Shown here piece by piece: positions 12,529-25,500 of a stretch of DNA of 64,000 nucleotides (position 1 is the stretch's first letter; every line of letters begins with the position of its first letter). Position numbers and translations under genes: made by a program. The DNA is taken from the NCBI RefSeq assembly GCF_006345805.1, contig NC_043009.1, positions 1,302,001-1,366,000 on the forward strand, in the 5' to 3' direction. The stretch is from Octopus sinensis (Eukaryota). Under the pieces are notes generated by a model, which saw only the letters and a list, made by a program, of their open reading frames with translations, was not told where the DNA came from and did not search any database.

Positions 12529-13333
12529 GTTTCTTTCAAAAAAAATAAACTCCTTCCTGAAAAGACAGGTTTCATGGAACCTGGTAACAGATTTCAGAAG
12601 CAAATACCAAAATGCGAAAGAAAAAAAAAAAAAAAAGGCTGACGGACGCGTCGTGCTTGGATTGGCTATAAACAGCGAAATGGAACCCCGAGGAAACGAA
12701 ACTAAATGGCACTCTTTTATCTTGTTTCAGTCATTGAACTGCGGCTTTGCTGGAGCACCTCGTTGAAGGATTTAGTCGAAACAAATCGATCCAAGCACTT
12801 TAAGTCAGGTACTTATTCTCGTTCACTTTCGCCGAGCCGCTAAGTTATAGGGACGTAAACAAACCGACACACACAGCGAACTTGTTTCTGTTTCCGTCTC
12901 CATACAAATCCACTTACAAGGCTTTGGTCGGCCCAGGATTATGGAAGAAGACATTTGCCTCAGGTGCCGCGTAGTACGATTGAACCTGAAACCGTGTGGT
13001 TGGGAATCAAACTTCTTAGCACATAGCCATGCCTGCGTCAGAACCCCACGGTGGGTTCCAGAATTTGCAAAATGATCGTCGAATTAACAACTGACTGGAT
13101 ACTTCTGAGGAATGATTGATAAACAAGAAGTGGACGAAACAAGCAGGACGCCGAGGGAACGCAAAGGAAGAATGATGAAGGAGAGGGGGGGGGAAAACCC
13201 GGGGGATCAGAAATCCAGGACGGAAAAAAGATGGAAAAATAAGAGACTTTTATGGAGCAAAGGGGAAAGTGAAACAAATTCGATGGAAACGATATCAAAA
13301 CAATCCAAAACGATTTGGAATTATAATACATAC

Positions 13334-13670
13334 CGCCTAAAAATAAAAATATATAAATATAAAATAGTAAAGCCCCAGACGAGACCCGAACCCCTTATCT
13401 CTTGCTTCCTAAACGATGTTTAATAGGCGACAGGGTTCGTGGGTTTTCGCTCCGATATAAAGTAAAGTTACAATTAAATTCCAAATTATGTATAACTATA
13501 AAATATTCTTTTCATACACACGTTATACCAAAGAAAAAAAAAACAGTTTGAACTACTCTCTATAATGGAATTCACACTCTGAGTTTCCGCTCTCTCTCTC
13601 TCTCTCTCACACAAATGTATGTATATATGAATGTGTGTGCCGCGTGTATAAAAGCTGCAAGAACGCACAC
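13334..13670 (-). other. Candidate non-coding first exon of the FERM gene
   Basis: Strong donor gcg|gtatgt at 13334/13333 on the minus strand; unique CpG-containing sequence; TATAAATA on the minus strand at 13688-13695. The 5' end is a guess. Confidence 0.3.
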
Positions 13671-14899
13671 AATGCGAACTGTTGATTTATTTATAGCTTA
13701 AGATAAACATTGCTGAAATATGCCCTGTCTGAAAAGGAAGGGTTGCTTTAGAGTCGGATGGGGGGTGGGGCCCATGTCTATCCATCCTTTCTCTCTCCTC
13801 TTTCACAATATACACACACATGTTGAACATTTGAAAAATAGAAAAAGCTAGGAAGTGTTTATTTATTTATAACAAAGATACGGGTTCAACAAGTTGGTTC
13901 TCCAGAAGCAGTTTCATTTATATCTGCCCGTGGTTGGTGATGGTTGTAACTGTTGTCTAGCGTCCACGACCTTATGATGAAGGACGTTCCAGGCGTGACC
14001 AGCCAGTATTCTTTTTTTTTCTTTCTTATATCAGGGGACATTAGTTCAACGGGCCCTTTTTTTTTTTAAGAGTATTTTTAAAGAAACCTGACTATTTCTA
14101 GCAGATCGAAAGGCCAGGTAGAGACACCCTCGTTTGAATGTGGCTGTTTCGCCCCAGGTCACAGGTGGTCGAACAGACCCTATGATCAAAACCACTTCAG
14201 CTGTGATTCTCTCAACCTTTCCTTAAATGCAAGGAACGCAGGAACACATTAAACAAGGTGCCCTCATCAAAAATGACGACGGAGGGGACATATTGATGAA
14301 GACTTGAGCTGCTATTTCAAGCAAACCGAGCAGCCACGTAAAAGATTTATGTTAGTAATACTTCTAGATAGATGGTATATATATATAAAAGTTGTTGAAG
14401 AATGATTTTGAGGGAATAAAGACGGGGAGGGGAGGCGTTGAGCAAAGCCCTACCCTCACAAAATAACCCCACCAAAGTAAAATAAACAGAGCAACCACCC
14501 TGAATGACATTACATAACGAAACATGGTTCTTTCTCTCTCTTTTGGTAATCTTGGGGAAGAAAATATATAAAAAGCAAACTGCTTTTTTATTTTTTAGCA
14601 TTACACCTGTTGATAAAATACTACGGAATTTTTTGTTATCATTTGTAGAAAATAATAATAAATACATAGAAGGGATAAACAATAGACTTCATTGAAGAAC
14701 AAACCTTCCCTCATCCCAAATACCTTTCGGTGAGGTGAGGTGAGGTGTGTGTGTATATGATTGTATACCTGTCAGCAGTGCGGCGACTGATATCCTAATT
14801 CTTGTGCATTTTATATACGGCCAATGTCAGTGCACGAAATGCCATACCTTTCATAGTAATGAGAAAAGGCCTTAAGCAGAGGCAAGTACTTACACGGGG

Positions 14900-15935
14900 T
14901 ACATGAGAGTGGGAGGAAGGGGAGGAAGAAACAAACAGAAGAGTGTGTGCGGAAGATAGATAGATAGATAGTAAGGGAGAGAAAAGTACAGAGGTAAAAG
15001 GCAGAGAAAAGTAGGGAGGTGAAAGGCAGAGGAAGAGAATTGGTTCACTGAAGGGAATCTATTGTTAGAGAAGATAGAACGTGGTGGGAGGGGAAAGGTA
15101 GAAGAAACGTGCGTTAATTTAGTATGTATGGTATGTGCAGTTGAGTAGTAGTGTACATGTAGGTGTATATATATATATATATGCGTGTGTGTGTGTGTGT
15201 ATAATTGACGGGCAAGGTGGTATGATAGCAGGTTGGTAAGGTGTGTATGTATATAATTCGTAATTATATATATGAGAGGTTTTGGTAGCCAGAAGATCGA
15301 AAAGCAGGTAAAGCTGTGTAAAGTGCTGCGGAAGGACCCCTGTTGGACTCCCGGTTCCATAACAGTATGAGGGAGGAGTCGTGTGGGAGCGAGTATGGGT
15401 TAAATAAAGTGAGACAACAAAGCCAAGGCAGTGTGAAATTTCAGGGACATTTTATAGAGAGAAGGGTAGTCTTACAACTGTTTCAGCGATATAAAAGACA
15501 ACCCATCATCAGAGACGATATGAGAGAGTTAAACAGAAGGATATAGTAGAGTTCAATATAAGAAGCTATTTTTCTTTTACACTACAAGATCCCTTTGAAT
15601 GAACACCCCACACGGAATTAAGACGTGCACACTGTCCATTTGTAATAACAAAATATGAACTCCTATCCTAACTTCCATACCATGGACAAGAAGCCTTTTC
15701 ACCCATTCTACACAACACATTCCTTGCATAATTGAACAGCAATTTTAACATCCGACATATATCTTTATTTTTGTTCTCTTGTCTCCATTTATACTTCCTA
15801 CATCTCTCCCTTTCCAAAATAACTTTTATACTCTTTTCTTCTGTTATAACCCTGCAACAGCTGTAAAGCTACCCTATAAAACGTCCTAGAAATTTCACAC
15901 TGCCCTCGCTTTGCCTCATTTCATTTAACCTATAT
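14900..15935. mobile_element. Penelope-like element relic with inverted pseudo-LTR copies and a hammerhead ribozyme motif
   Basis: Diverged inverted repeat 15397-15486 / 15852-15930. Plus-strand EAIFLLHYKIPLN near 15562 resembles the GIY-YIG C-terminal EAI.I...P.LN. A CTGATGA...GAAAC motif lies on the minus strand at 15469-15516. Confidence 0.6.
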
Positions 15936-18900
15936 GTAGGTGGTGGCCATGGAGGGGTTGGTAGAAAATAACGCTTGCAGTAATGAACGTCTATGTTCAA
16001 TGACAACTGACTGACCGAACAAGTCAGTCGACCATGGCAATATATAAATAAATAAATGAATGAAAATAACTACCGCTAAAATAACGAACTAGTGGCGGGG
16101 GAAATAGCTGGTCCATGGTCTCGTTTGACCGGTACAGATAAAACAAACAATAGTCCATTCCTTTTCAAATTACACACCTTAACCGTCTTAAGAGAAGGAC
16201 ACATTGGATAATAATGTGGTTTTGGGTAGACTATATATGGCCAGCTGGAAGACATGTCCGCTTTCTTTCTTTCTCTCTCTCTCTGTGTATGTATATATAT
16301 ATATACATACATACATAGAGAGAGAATCAATGCTTTGGAACACTTTTGTAAGGTCAGTGTGGCAGTCTTTACGTGGTCGTTCAGTCTGCTAGAAATAGCA
16401 GCCAAATTTCCTTCCTGGCAGTGTACCGTTCTCTGTGCATCTTTTACATATTTCAGCCACTGGACTGTGGCGATGCTGAGGCATCGCCTTGAAGGGCTTA
16501 GTCGAACAAATAAATTAACCCCAGTGTTGATTTTTTTAAAAGCCTGATAGTTATTCTGTCTGTCTCTTTTGCTGAAATGCTACCTTACGGAGACGTAAAC
16601 AAACCAATACCGGTTGCACATAAAGAAAAACACAAATGCACAAACACACACATTCACAAAGTGGTATACCCACAAAGCTTTGGTCTGCCCGGGGTTATAG
16701 TAAAAGACATTTGCAGAAAATGCCAGGCAGTGGGACTGAACTCAGATCCATAAGGTCGAGAAGCTAACTTCTTACCACACAGCCAAAAAGCAAAGTAAGG
16801 ACAAATTCTGAAGAAAAAGAGAGGGGACCCATTCGTCAAAAGTTGTTCATCTCGGTGGAGAATTAAATAGCAACTACCATTAAAAATCGTGCTTGAAGCA
16901 GCTAAAAAAAAATAAAGATGAAGCAACAGTTATTTGTAAACAGGATATAAAATGTCTTTGTACCTACCCGGGTCGGTACTCGGTTATCAGATTGACTGAT
17001 AAACAGTGAGAGCAAATCGAAACTGTGTATGCGGAAATATTGAAATTATTTAAATGAGTCGCGGCTTGCTTTATTATTAGAAGTAAATAATAATAAAAAA
17101 TGTATTGGAATCACTCCAAGCACTTAGACTTCATTATTAGTAAAAGGACGGACGTTGGTTTTGCATTATTACCGCACCGCCCTATATTGTAAACTGCATT
17201 AGATTACGAAAACATTACATAAGCTCGAGGGTGACATAACATTTAAGCTACGACCACAACCCACAGCTAATGGTTTTATTTTTGTTTTAAGGCGAAAACT
17301 AAAAAATCTGTTTATTTTTCCATAGGAAGGGCGGAGTAAATGTGATAGACAAGTAAATAGATGGAGTGAGACAGACAGACAGATAGAAGGACAGAGGTAT
17401 ACAGATAGACAGACAGAAGTATACAAATAAATAGACAGACAGAGATAGATAGTGAGAGAGAGAGACAGATAGATAGAAGCATATAAATAGACAGACAGAA
17501 GGACGGATGGAGATTGATAGATAGACAGACAGACAGAGATATATAGACGGACAGAAGCATACAGATAGACAGAGATAGATGGATAGTCCAACAAACATAT
17601 AGACAGACAGAACAATCGACACGCATTATCTGACTGGTAATTTATTAACCCTCACATGAAAAATAAGGGCCTTGACAGGGTTTAAACTTGATTAAAGGAT
17701 TACGTGAAACACTCAACTAGTTATCTCTTGTGTATGTGGAAGAGACGAAGCCGACTAATTTAAGGGGAAAGACTGGGAACGGTGTGCTTCATGGCTTTTC
17801 CTCAGCTTAAGCGAAACAATTCATCTGCAGTTTTCATTTTTATTTACTTACATTTAATTTGTTTTTATTCTATCTTTGGAGCTGGAATTGCTCTTCGGGG
17901 CAGAGCGACAGCATTGCGACAAAGTGCATCAAAGACATTTCCTGACGATATTTCTTCGGATTTCTTAGACATATCCACCAAATCTCTTAAATCATTACAC
18001 TATCGTCTTACAGAACGAACACATTGGATAATGAAATCCGTATAATACACTGTACTTGAAAAACAAGCTCGGACAGTCACGGCCGGAACGTCTTTTCCCA
18101 TAAATCTGCTGGATTATGGTTCTAACCAATACTGACCATCTGACATGTTGTCATACATTCTGTAAGCAACGACGAAGAATATATATGGAGCGTGTTGTTA
18201 TTCTGAATTCAATCCGAAGCCCAACATAGACACTAAATGTATAAGTTTTTCAGGCATCTGATATTTCTATAATACAAAAGAGATTGGGTTACGAAACCTA
18301 TCTGTATCAAATGCAATATGACTAATTTTGAGCTGGTATAAAAGTTGGGCATTATCGATGGCAATCTTTCTCACGGGCACGACCAAATAACTATTGTCTT
18401 CACATACAACCAACAGGTTTCGTTTACAATTGAATGCAGGCTGAGGAAATCGTGACAGCGCTGTTAATGTTTAAACCGAGCTGTTGTGTAGATAGAGAAA
18501 ATAAATACTGGGCTTCAGTTGAATGCATTAACAATGAACAAGAAGTTAATATTTAAAACTTAGGTTAGACACGAGTGAGAACTTCAAGGTGTCTTTTTAA
18601 TAATATTTTTTGAAGTATATCGAAGACTACACAATCTAATATGTATTATCTTGTTTATGATAGTACTGTGTGGTTTTGATGAGATTTGCTGGTTGTTTCT
18701 AGCAATTCCAGCAAAAAGGGACCCCTCTTTTTGCTTGCAACAAATCACATTTGACACACAGTTTAGTTTGATGATTGTCTTTCAACAAAATCAATTAGTG
18801 CACAATTTCCGATAGCTTTATGTAGTTTCATGTTGTTAACGTTGCTTTGAAGCATTTTCACATGGGTTTTGAAACACCATTTTGATAAAGAGATACGAAT

Positions 18901-19358
18901 AATGCATTTCATATGGCATTTTTGTTTCTTTTATTACTAAGACATGAGGTTAATTTCATACGGGGAAGAAACGGAAAACGACTGACCGGATAAAAATAAA
19001 ACATTGATATTGTATCGGATATGTGACAGTGCTAGGCTGCGTCAGTTAAAATGCAAGATAGTGCCATGCAATAAAATCCCAAATGTGACATGCTAGCAAC
19101 CATTCTTGAAGGTTGGATATGTAAAGCAACAATACCAGACTAAACACACTGGTATGATGAAAGATGAGACATTCTCCAATGTCTAGGTATATATTTTTCA
19201 CCGGACAACAAACATTTTCCCACTAAAATTCATTATCGATCATGAGATCAAAAAATATACGAGAAATGAACTAATAAACTATGAGAATGGAGCCACAAAT
19301 TTGCAAGGCGAAGAGGAGAGGAAACAGGATTTTTTAACGTCCAAGTTTTTTTTTTTTT

Positions 19359-20035
19359 GCAGACGACAGAACTAGCTAGGGCAGACGACAGGACTAGCTA
19401 GGGCAGACGAGAGAACTAGCTAGAGCAGACGAGAGAGCTAGCTAGGGCAGACGAGAGAACTAGCTAGAGCAGACGACAGGACTAGCTAGGGCAGACGACA
19501 GAACTAGCTAGGGCAGACGACAGGACTAGCTAGGGCAGACGACAGGACTAGCTAGGGCAGACGACAGAACTAGCTAGGGCAGACGAGAGAGCTAGCTAGG
19601 GCAGACGAGAGAGCTAGCTAGGGCAGACGAGAGAGCTAGCTAGGGCAGACGACAGGACTAGCTAGGGCAGACGACAGGACTAGCTAGGGCAGACGAGAGA
19701 GCTAGCTAGGGCAGACGAGAGAGCTAGCTAGGGCAGACGAGAGAGCTAGCTAGGGCAGACGACAGGACTAGCTAGGGCAGACGAGAGAGCTAGCTAGGGC
19801 AGACGAGAGAGCTAGCTAGGGCAGACGAGAGAGCTAGCTAGGGCAGACGAGAGAGCTAGCTAGGGCAGACGAGAGAGCTAGCTAGGGCGGACGAGAGAGC
19901 TAGCTAGGGCGGACGAGAGAGCTAGCTAGGGCAGACGAGAGAGCTAGCTAGGGCAGACGAGAGAGCTAGCTAGGGCAGACGAGAGAGCTAGCTAGGGCAG
20001 ACGAGAGAGCTAGCTAGGGCAGACGACAGGACTAG
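19359..20035. repeat. 22-bp minisatellite, 30 full units plus a partial unit (consensus gcagacgagagagctagctagg)
   Basis: Read unit by unit; head-to-tail with no spacers; five sequence variants. Confidence 0.97.
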
Positions 20036-20832
20036 TCCTCGTCAAACAGATTTATCATAAAAGGCATTCCAGTTGTGTGTCTTTCCTATCTTGAAGGCAG
20101 TACAAGCGTGGTATGAGGGAATGTTTGACTACTATTTCTAGTCGGGGATAACGTTAACTTTGTGGCTTCCTCGTTGGGTTCGTTTGTTTCTCATCCCCGG
20201 GACATTAACAACAAGAGCAATATCGATTTCAAAAAGACACCATGCCAACGATTTACAACTGCAGCATAATTTCTTATTATCTGCCTGTCATAGATACAAA
20301 CTTCTAAGGAACTAAATTGCGATTCCTGGTTGAATTATTTCACTTCTCTAATGTTCATGAGAAAGACATAGATGTCAGAAACACTTTGTTTCTATTCTTT
20401 CTATTAAATTTGAAGCCTCGGTGTATTGCAGAACGATCGATATTACAAAACTACCTTGTTGAGTTATTTATAAAACAGAAGAGAAGGAAAAAGAAAAAGA
20501 TAGGAAAAGACATTAAAATAGGAAAGGGAATGGCGGCAGAAGGAGGGAGAGAGAGAGAGAGAGAGCGTGCGTGTGTTATGTAATGGACAGTTTGGAGTTT
20601 GCAATGAGCGTCACATGCCACTAGCAATTTAGGAAGTATTTAACATTGTTGACTGTTTTGTCAACTAAAGTGTGTTCACATTATACACGCACTAACACAT
20701 GTATACATACACACATATATACCTACATACATACAAATACACGAACACAAATACAAATATATATACACACACCAGCACATAATATACGTGCAAGTAATCT
20801 ATTATATACACACACACATATATAGACATATT

Positions 20833-20844
<12 letters not shown>

Positions 20845-20890
<46 letters not shown>

Positions 20891-21165
20891 CTTTCAAGAT
20901 ATAACAATGTATACACAGTGTGTATGTATATGCTACGTGTATAGAAGAGCATAGTTTCAAGACACTACTGACTATATATAAATACAATATTATATGCATA
21001 AACTCTCACTCATACATGTAAGCACCCAAACCCTTCAAAAAAAAAGGACTGCGGCCCTTTATACTGTTTGAGCCAACAGAAGTTGTGTGACCACTGCCTG
21101 GAACTGGAAGTGATACGACAGCCACAACACTGTACAATACTATTAAGACATTATACACCACAAAC

Positions 21166-21254
<89 letters not shown>

Positions 21255-21530
21255 ACTTTCAAGATATAACAATGTATACACAGTGTGTATGTATATGCTA
21301 CGTGTATAGAAGAGCATAGTTTCAAGACACTACTGACTATATATAAATACAATATTATATGCATAAACTCTCACTCATACATGTAAGCACCCAAACCCTT
21401 CAAAAAAAAAGGACTGCGGCCCTTTATACTGTTTGAGCCAACAGAAGTTGTGTGACCACTGCCTGGAACTGGAAGTGATACGACAGCCACAACACTGTAC
21501 AATACTATTAAGACATTATACACCACAAAC

Positions 21531-21575
<45 letters not shown>
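20845..21575. repeat. 365-bp near-identical tandem duplication bounded by TA/CA microsatellites
   Basis: The unique core at 20888-21165 is repeated at 21253-21530 (offset 365). The identical pseudo-ORFs at 21068 and 21433 confirm the period. Confidence 0.95.
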
Positions 21576-21588
<13 letters not shown>

Positions 21589-22418
21589 GTCTGCTTATTA
21601 GCAGAAACAATTTTCTTTCCAAATGCATTGTGCACCAAACTTTTCCAATAACACAAGCCACCCAGATAATTAGCATTACTTTTAATGAAACCATTAGCAA
21701 TTAATTAGCACTGACTATTTCAGTATTTCTTTTTAATAACACTTAAGCCCATAATTTTAGAATTTTTGTTTCGTCGTCTGGGAGTTGATCCAAAAAATAA
21801 AAATGAGAGAAGAAAAAGAAAAAGGATGACGATTGAAACAATTATATCTAACATGCCGGCAATTTTGAAGAATGATTGAGCAGCAGAGTCACCGAAATGT
21901 CTTTGCAGACAGGCAGGAAGGACATTGTGATTGATATGTGTGTCATTACGTATAGCACCATCGTTTGTGTGAAGCATGGAGGGTATCGAAATGTTAAAAG
22001 GTGTGTTTCTGAAGGTTGATTGATTGATTGATGATTAAGAAACACTCACTGTTGCTTAATCATATATCAATCAATCAACTTTTGTCAACCAAAATGTGTG
22101 TACATTATATATATATATATATATATATATATACGTACACACAGGATTGCTTAATTGGGGTATTATTATTAAGTAGACTAAATGGGCTTGTTTTGTTTGT
22201 TAATTGAAGCGTGATTAAACGGAGTGGTAATGTTGAGTGATGGGTGGTCGTGTGTGTGAGACAGAATTTGGGAAAAGATACAGAAACAAAATAGAATTTA
22301 GTCCCCACAGCCCAATAAAGGTGGGTTCGTGCATGAATGTACAGTAAACTATTTAAAAAAATGTGAGCAGTGTTCGAGCGGGGGGAACACAAATATTGCT
22401 GAAGTATCCGAGAAAACT

Positions 22419-22469
<51 letters not shown>

Positions 22470-22485
22470 ATATATATACATACAT

Positions 22486-22530
<45 letters not shown>

Positions 22531-25500
22531 TACATACACACGTGACTATAGACATATATAGACACGTGTATATTCATGAATGTGTGTGTGTATATATATA
22601 TACACACACACAGAGGAACGGATGTAGAGGCGGAAGATTTAAGTGGCCCATAAAATGGGTGTTGACAATGAATGAACAATTAAAAACAATATATATATAT
22701 AGGCGCGCGCTTTTATTGAGCGATAAGTTTGCACTTATTGAAGGGTAGCAAATTGTAAATGAAGGGTCACAGTCAAAATTAATCGGAATCAGTGTGTGTG
22801 TGTGTGCAGAACTTATTGTATGGATCGCGGGGGGGAGATGAAAAGGCCAAATCGATTTCCGGCGGAATTAATAAATAACAATAAATGTATGAAGTCTTTG
22901 TAAGGCGGCCACCGACTGTGTTTGCAATTAAGGTTTTTGGGAGGGTTTGTTTCATTCTGGGTTCATTGTGGGCCTTGTTCTGTGCCGTCGTCAATAAAGA
23001 ACGAGCGGAAAATGTGTCGGAAATTATAAAGAAGAGAAAAATGTGTGGAGGTGTTGGAAGAAAAGTTTTGTTTTGACAGGACATGAAAGTAGGGCAGAGT
23101 GAGAGAGAGAAGGGGAGGGATAGAGTGAGAGAGGGAGGAAGATTATCAGGAGACAGAGACGGAGTAGCAAAATGAGAGAGAGAGAGAAAAGTTACAAAGA
23201 GAGTGAAAGTATAGAAGAGAGACAGGGAGAGAAAGTGATAAAGTGGAGAGTTAGTAAGAGTGAAACAAACTAGAAAGTTAGAAAGTGAAAGGATACAAGA
23301 AAGGGAGAGAGATAAAGTAGAGAGTTTAGAAAGACAGAGAGAGAGAGAGCAAAGATAGAAGACAGAGGGAGGGCTATCGGGGGTGGGTGGGGGGTAGGGT
23401 GAGAAAGGTGACAGGAATAATGAGAAGTGATCGGACGAGAAAGGATCAAATCAAGAGGTAATGATAGAGGGAATGACAGACAGAATCAAGTGGTAATGAT
23501 AAAGGAGAAAAATAGGGAGAGAGGGATAAAAAATAAAAATGAGAGGAGAAATTACAGCGAGGGAAAATTAAAAAAAGAAAAAAAAGGTGGGTGAAGGACA
23601 GAGAAAATGTTTAGAAGAGAGAAAAGATTTAGTCTGGACAGTGTAAGAGGAGACCCTACTAAGTCCCTTGAATGTATTATTAGAATTTATTCAGCTCTCT
23701 CAAATCTTACTCTACCGTCTGAAGAAGAAAAAAAGTGGGACACATTAGATAATGTAATCTGAGGTAGAGTATATTTAAAAAGAGAAAAAGAAAAACGTTG
23801 GTAGTTATAACTGGAACACCTTTCAAATAAAACATACCTGGAGTTAACGACGAACTAAAGAGGCCACCGCTACGTGGTCGCTTGATCTGCGAGAAATAGC
23901 AGTTAAATCGCAAGGCATACCCTCGTCTTAAAAATGAAAAGGTAACATTGATGTAGTTCAAGCTATATTATGTCTCAATAAGGGCTCACTTAGGAGTTAG
24001 ACAACTCCTTTCGGCTTTATGCTGCTTTCTAAATATCTCTAACCTTAGTCAAGAGAAATTCAGGGACAGAAAATTGAAAAAGTGTAGTGGAAATATAGAG
24101 TTTGGTAATGTGTGTCCATAGCCCAGACCTCCGTGTGGAAATTCTGCAATCCTTAGTAGATACCTACTATAAATCCACAGGCGTTATCTCCAGCGGAGGT
24201 AAAGAATACGCACACCACCCGTTTTCGGCGTAACCCTAACTCTAAATAACCGAGTGCTCGTATTCTTTACCTTCGCCAGTATCTTCTGTACAGAATACAT
24301 AAACATACATATAAATATGAAAGAAAACTTGCTGGAGATGGGTTATTTTATTAGGACTTTCTAGTTTGCTTTATTCCTCCAGAACCGCCCACCCTTCATA
24401 TTAGTTTCGAGTGTGTGACGAAACCCACCAGACCACCTAAAGAAGAACCACTCTTCGCCTTTTACTTTTCTTTTAAACAGAGACGGAAGAGTAGCTCCCT
24501 TGGCTATTTATTTTTCAAGACTTTCAGGCCTGGTTGGGCAGAAGTTGTTCCCAAACTGGAGGCCTGACAGTTTTGCTAAGAAATCTCAAGGACTGGGAAA
24601 AACGGATCGAGTCTGTAACTCCTCAAAAAACTGGAATAAGTATTGCAAGAGATTTTGTCTGACGCTCGAACAGTCCTTACAATCCAACGCCCTAAACTGA
24701 TCCTTTCTGAAAGGGTGAAAGGAAAAGTTGACCTGAGCTGAATTTGAACTCGAAACACAGGGACAGAATAAATAGCAATAGAGTAACCCTTCGAGAGACA
24801 GCTTCACGCCGTAAGAGGAAGAAGAAAAAAGTACGCTTCAACAGATAATGTAATCCCTGATACAAAAAAGCAAAAAAAAAAAAAAAAAACAACGAGATGG
24901 TTGCGATGGTCACGGGTGGAACATCTTCGATCACAACTGACCTGAAGCTAAACAAGAGCATATTGAACGTCTTCAATTCCCCGCCCAAACAAACGATTTT
25001 CAATAAATGTAAACAGTGTAAAATACTATATATATATATATATATATATATATCACACAGGCACTGAACAGCGATCGATATTACTTGCTGAACAACAATC
25101 GGGTTATAATATTATTCTATACATTCAATAAGAGACAGACATGTATGTATACACATACACACCAGTCTACATAGTCTTTGCTTGGCTGCTGATGGTGACG
25201 GTTGTTGGTTCTCTTTCTCACCTATTTTTATTATTACTTCCCACCACCCTTCATAGATAGCTAGGTGGTTGGTTAGTAGGAGAAGAAGAAACCCATTCTA
25301 TTGGTTTATTTTCTATTATACACACACACACACAAGGTGTATGTGCATAAACTTTATTTCTAAAATAGTGTGTTTATGTGTGTGGAGTGTGAGCGTGTAT
25401 AAACTTCATTATTTCTATAATGGTTATATATATATATATAATGGTGTGTTAGGTAAGAAAGACAAGCCTTCATCAACAAAACCAGAGTGCATCTTAAGTA

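Noticed and set aside
19359-20035. Regular short repeat array as a CRISPR-like locus
   Set aside because: Units are contiguous with no unique spacers, the context is eukaryotic, and there are no cas genes.
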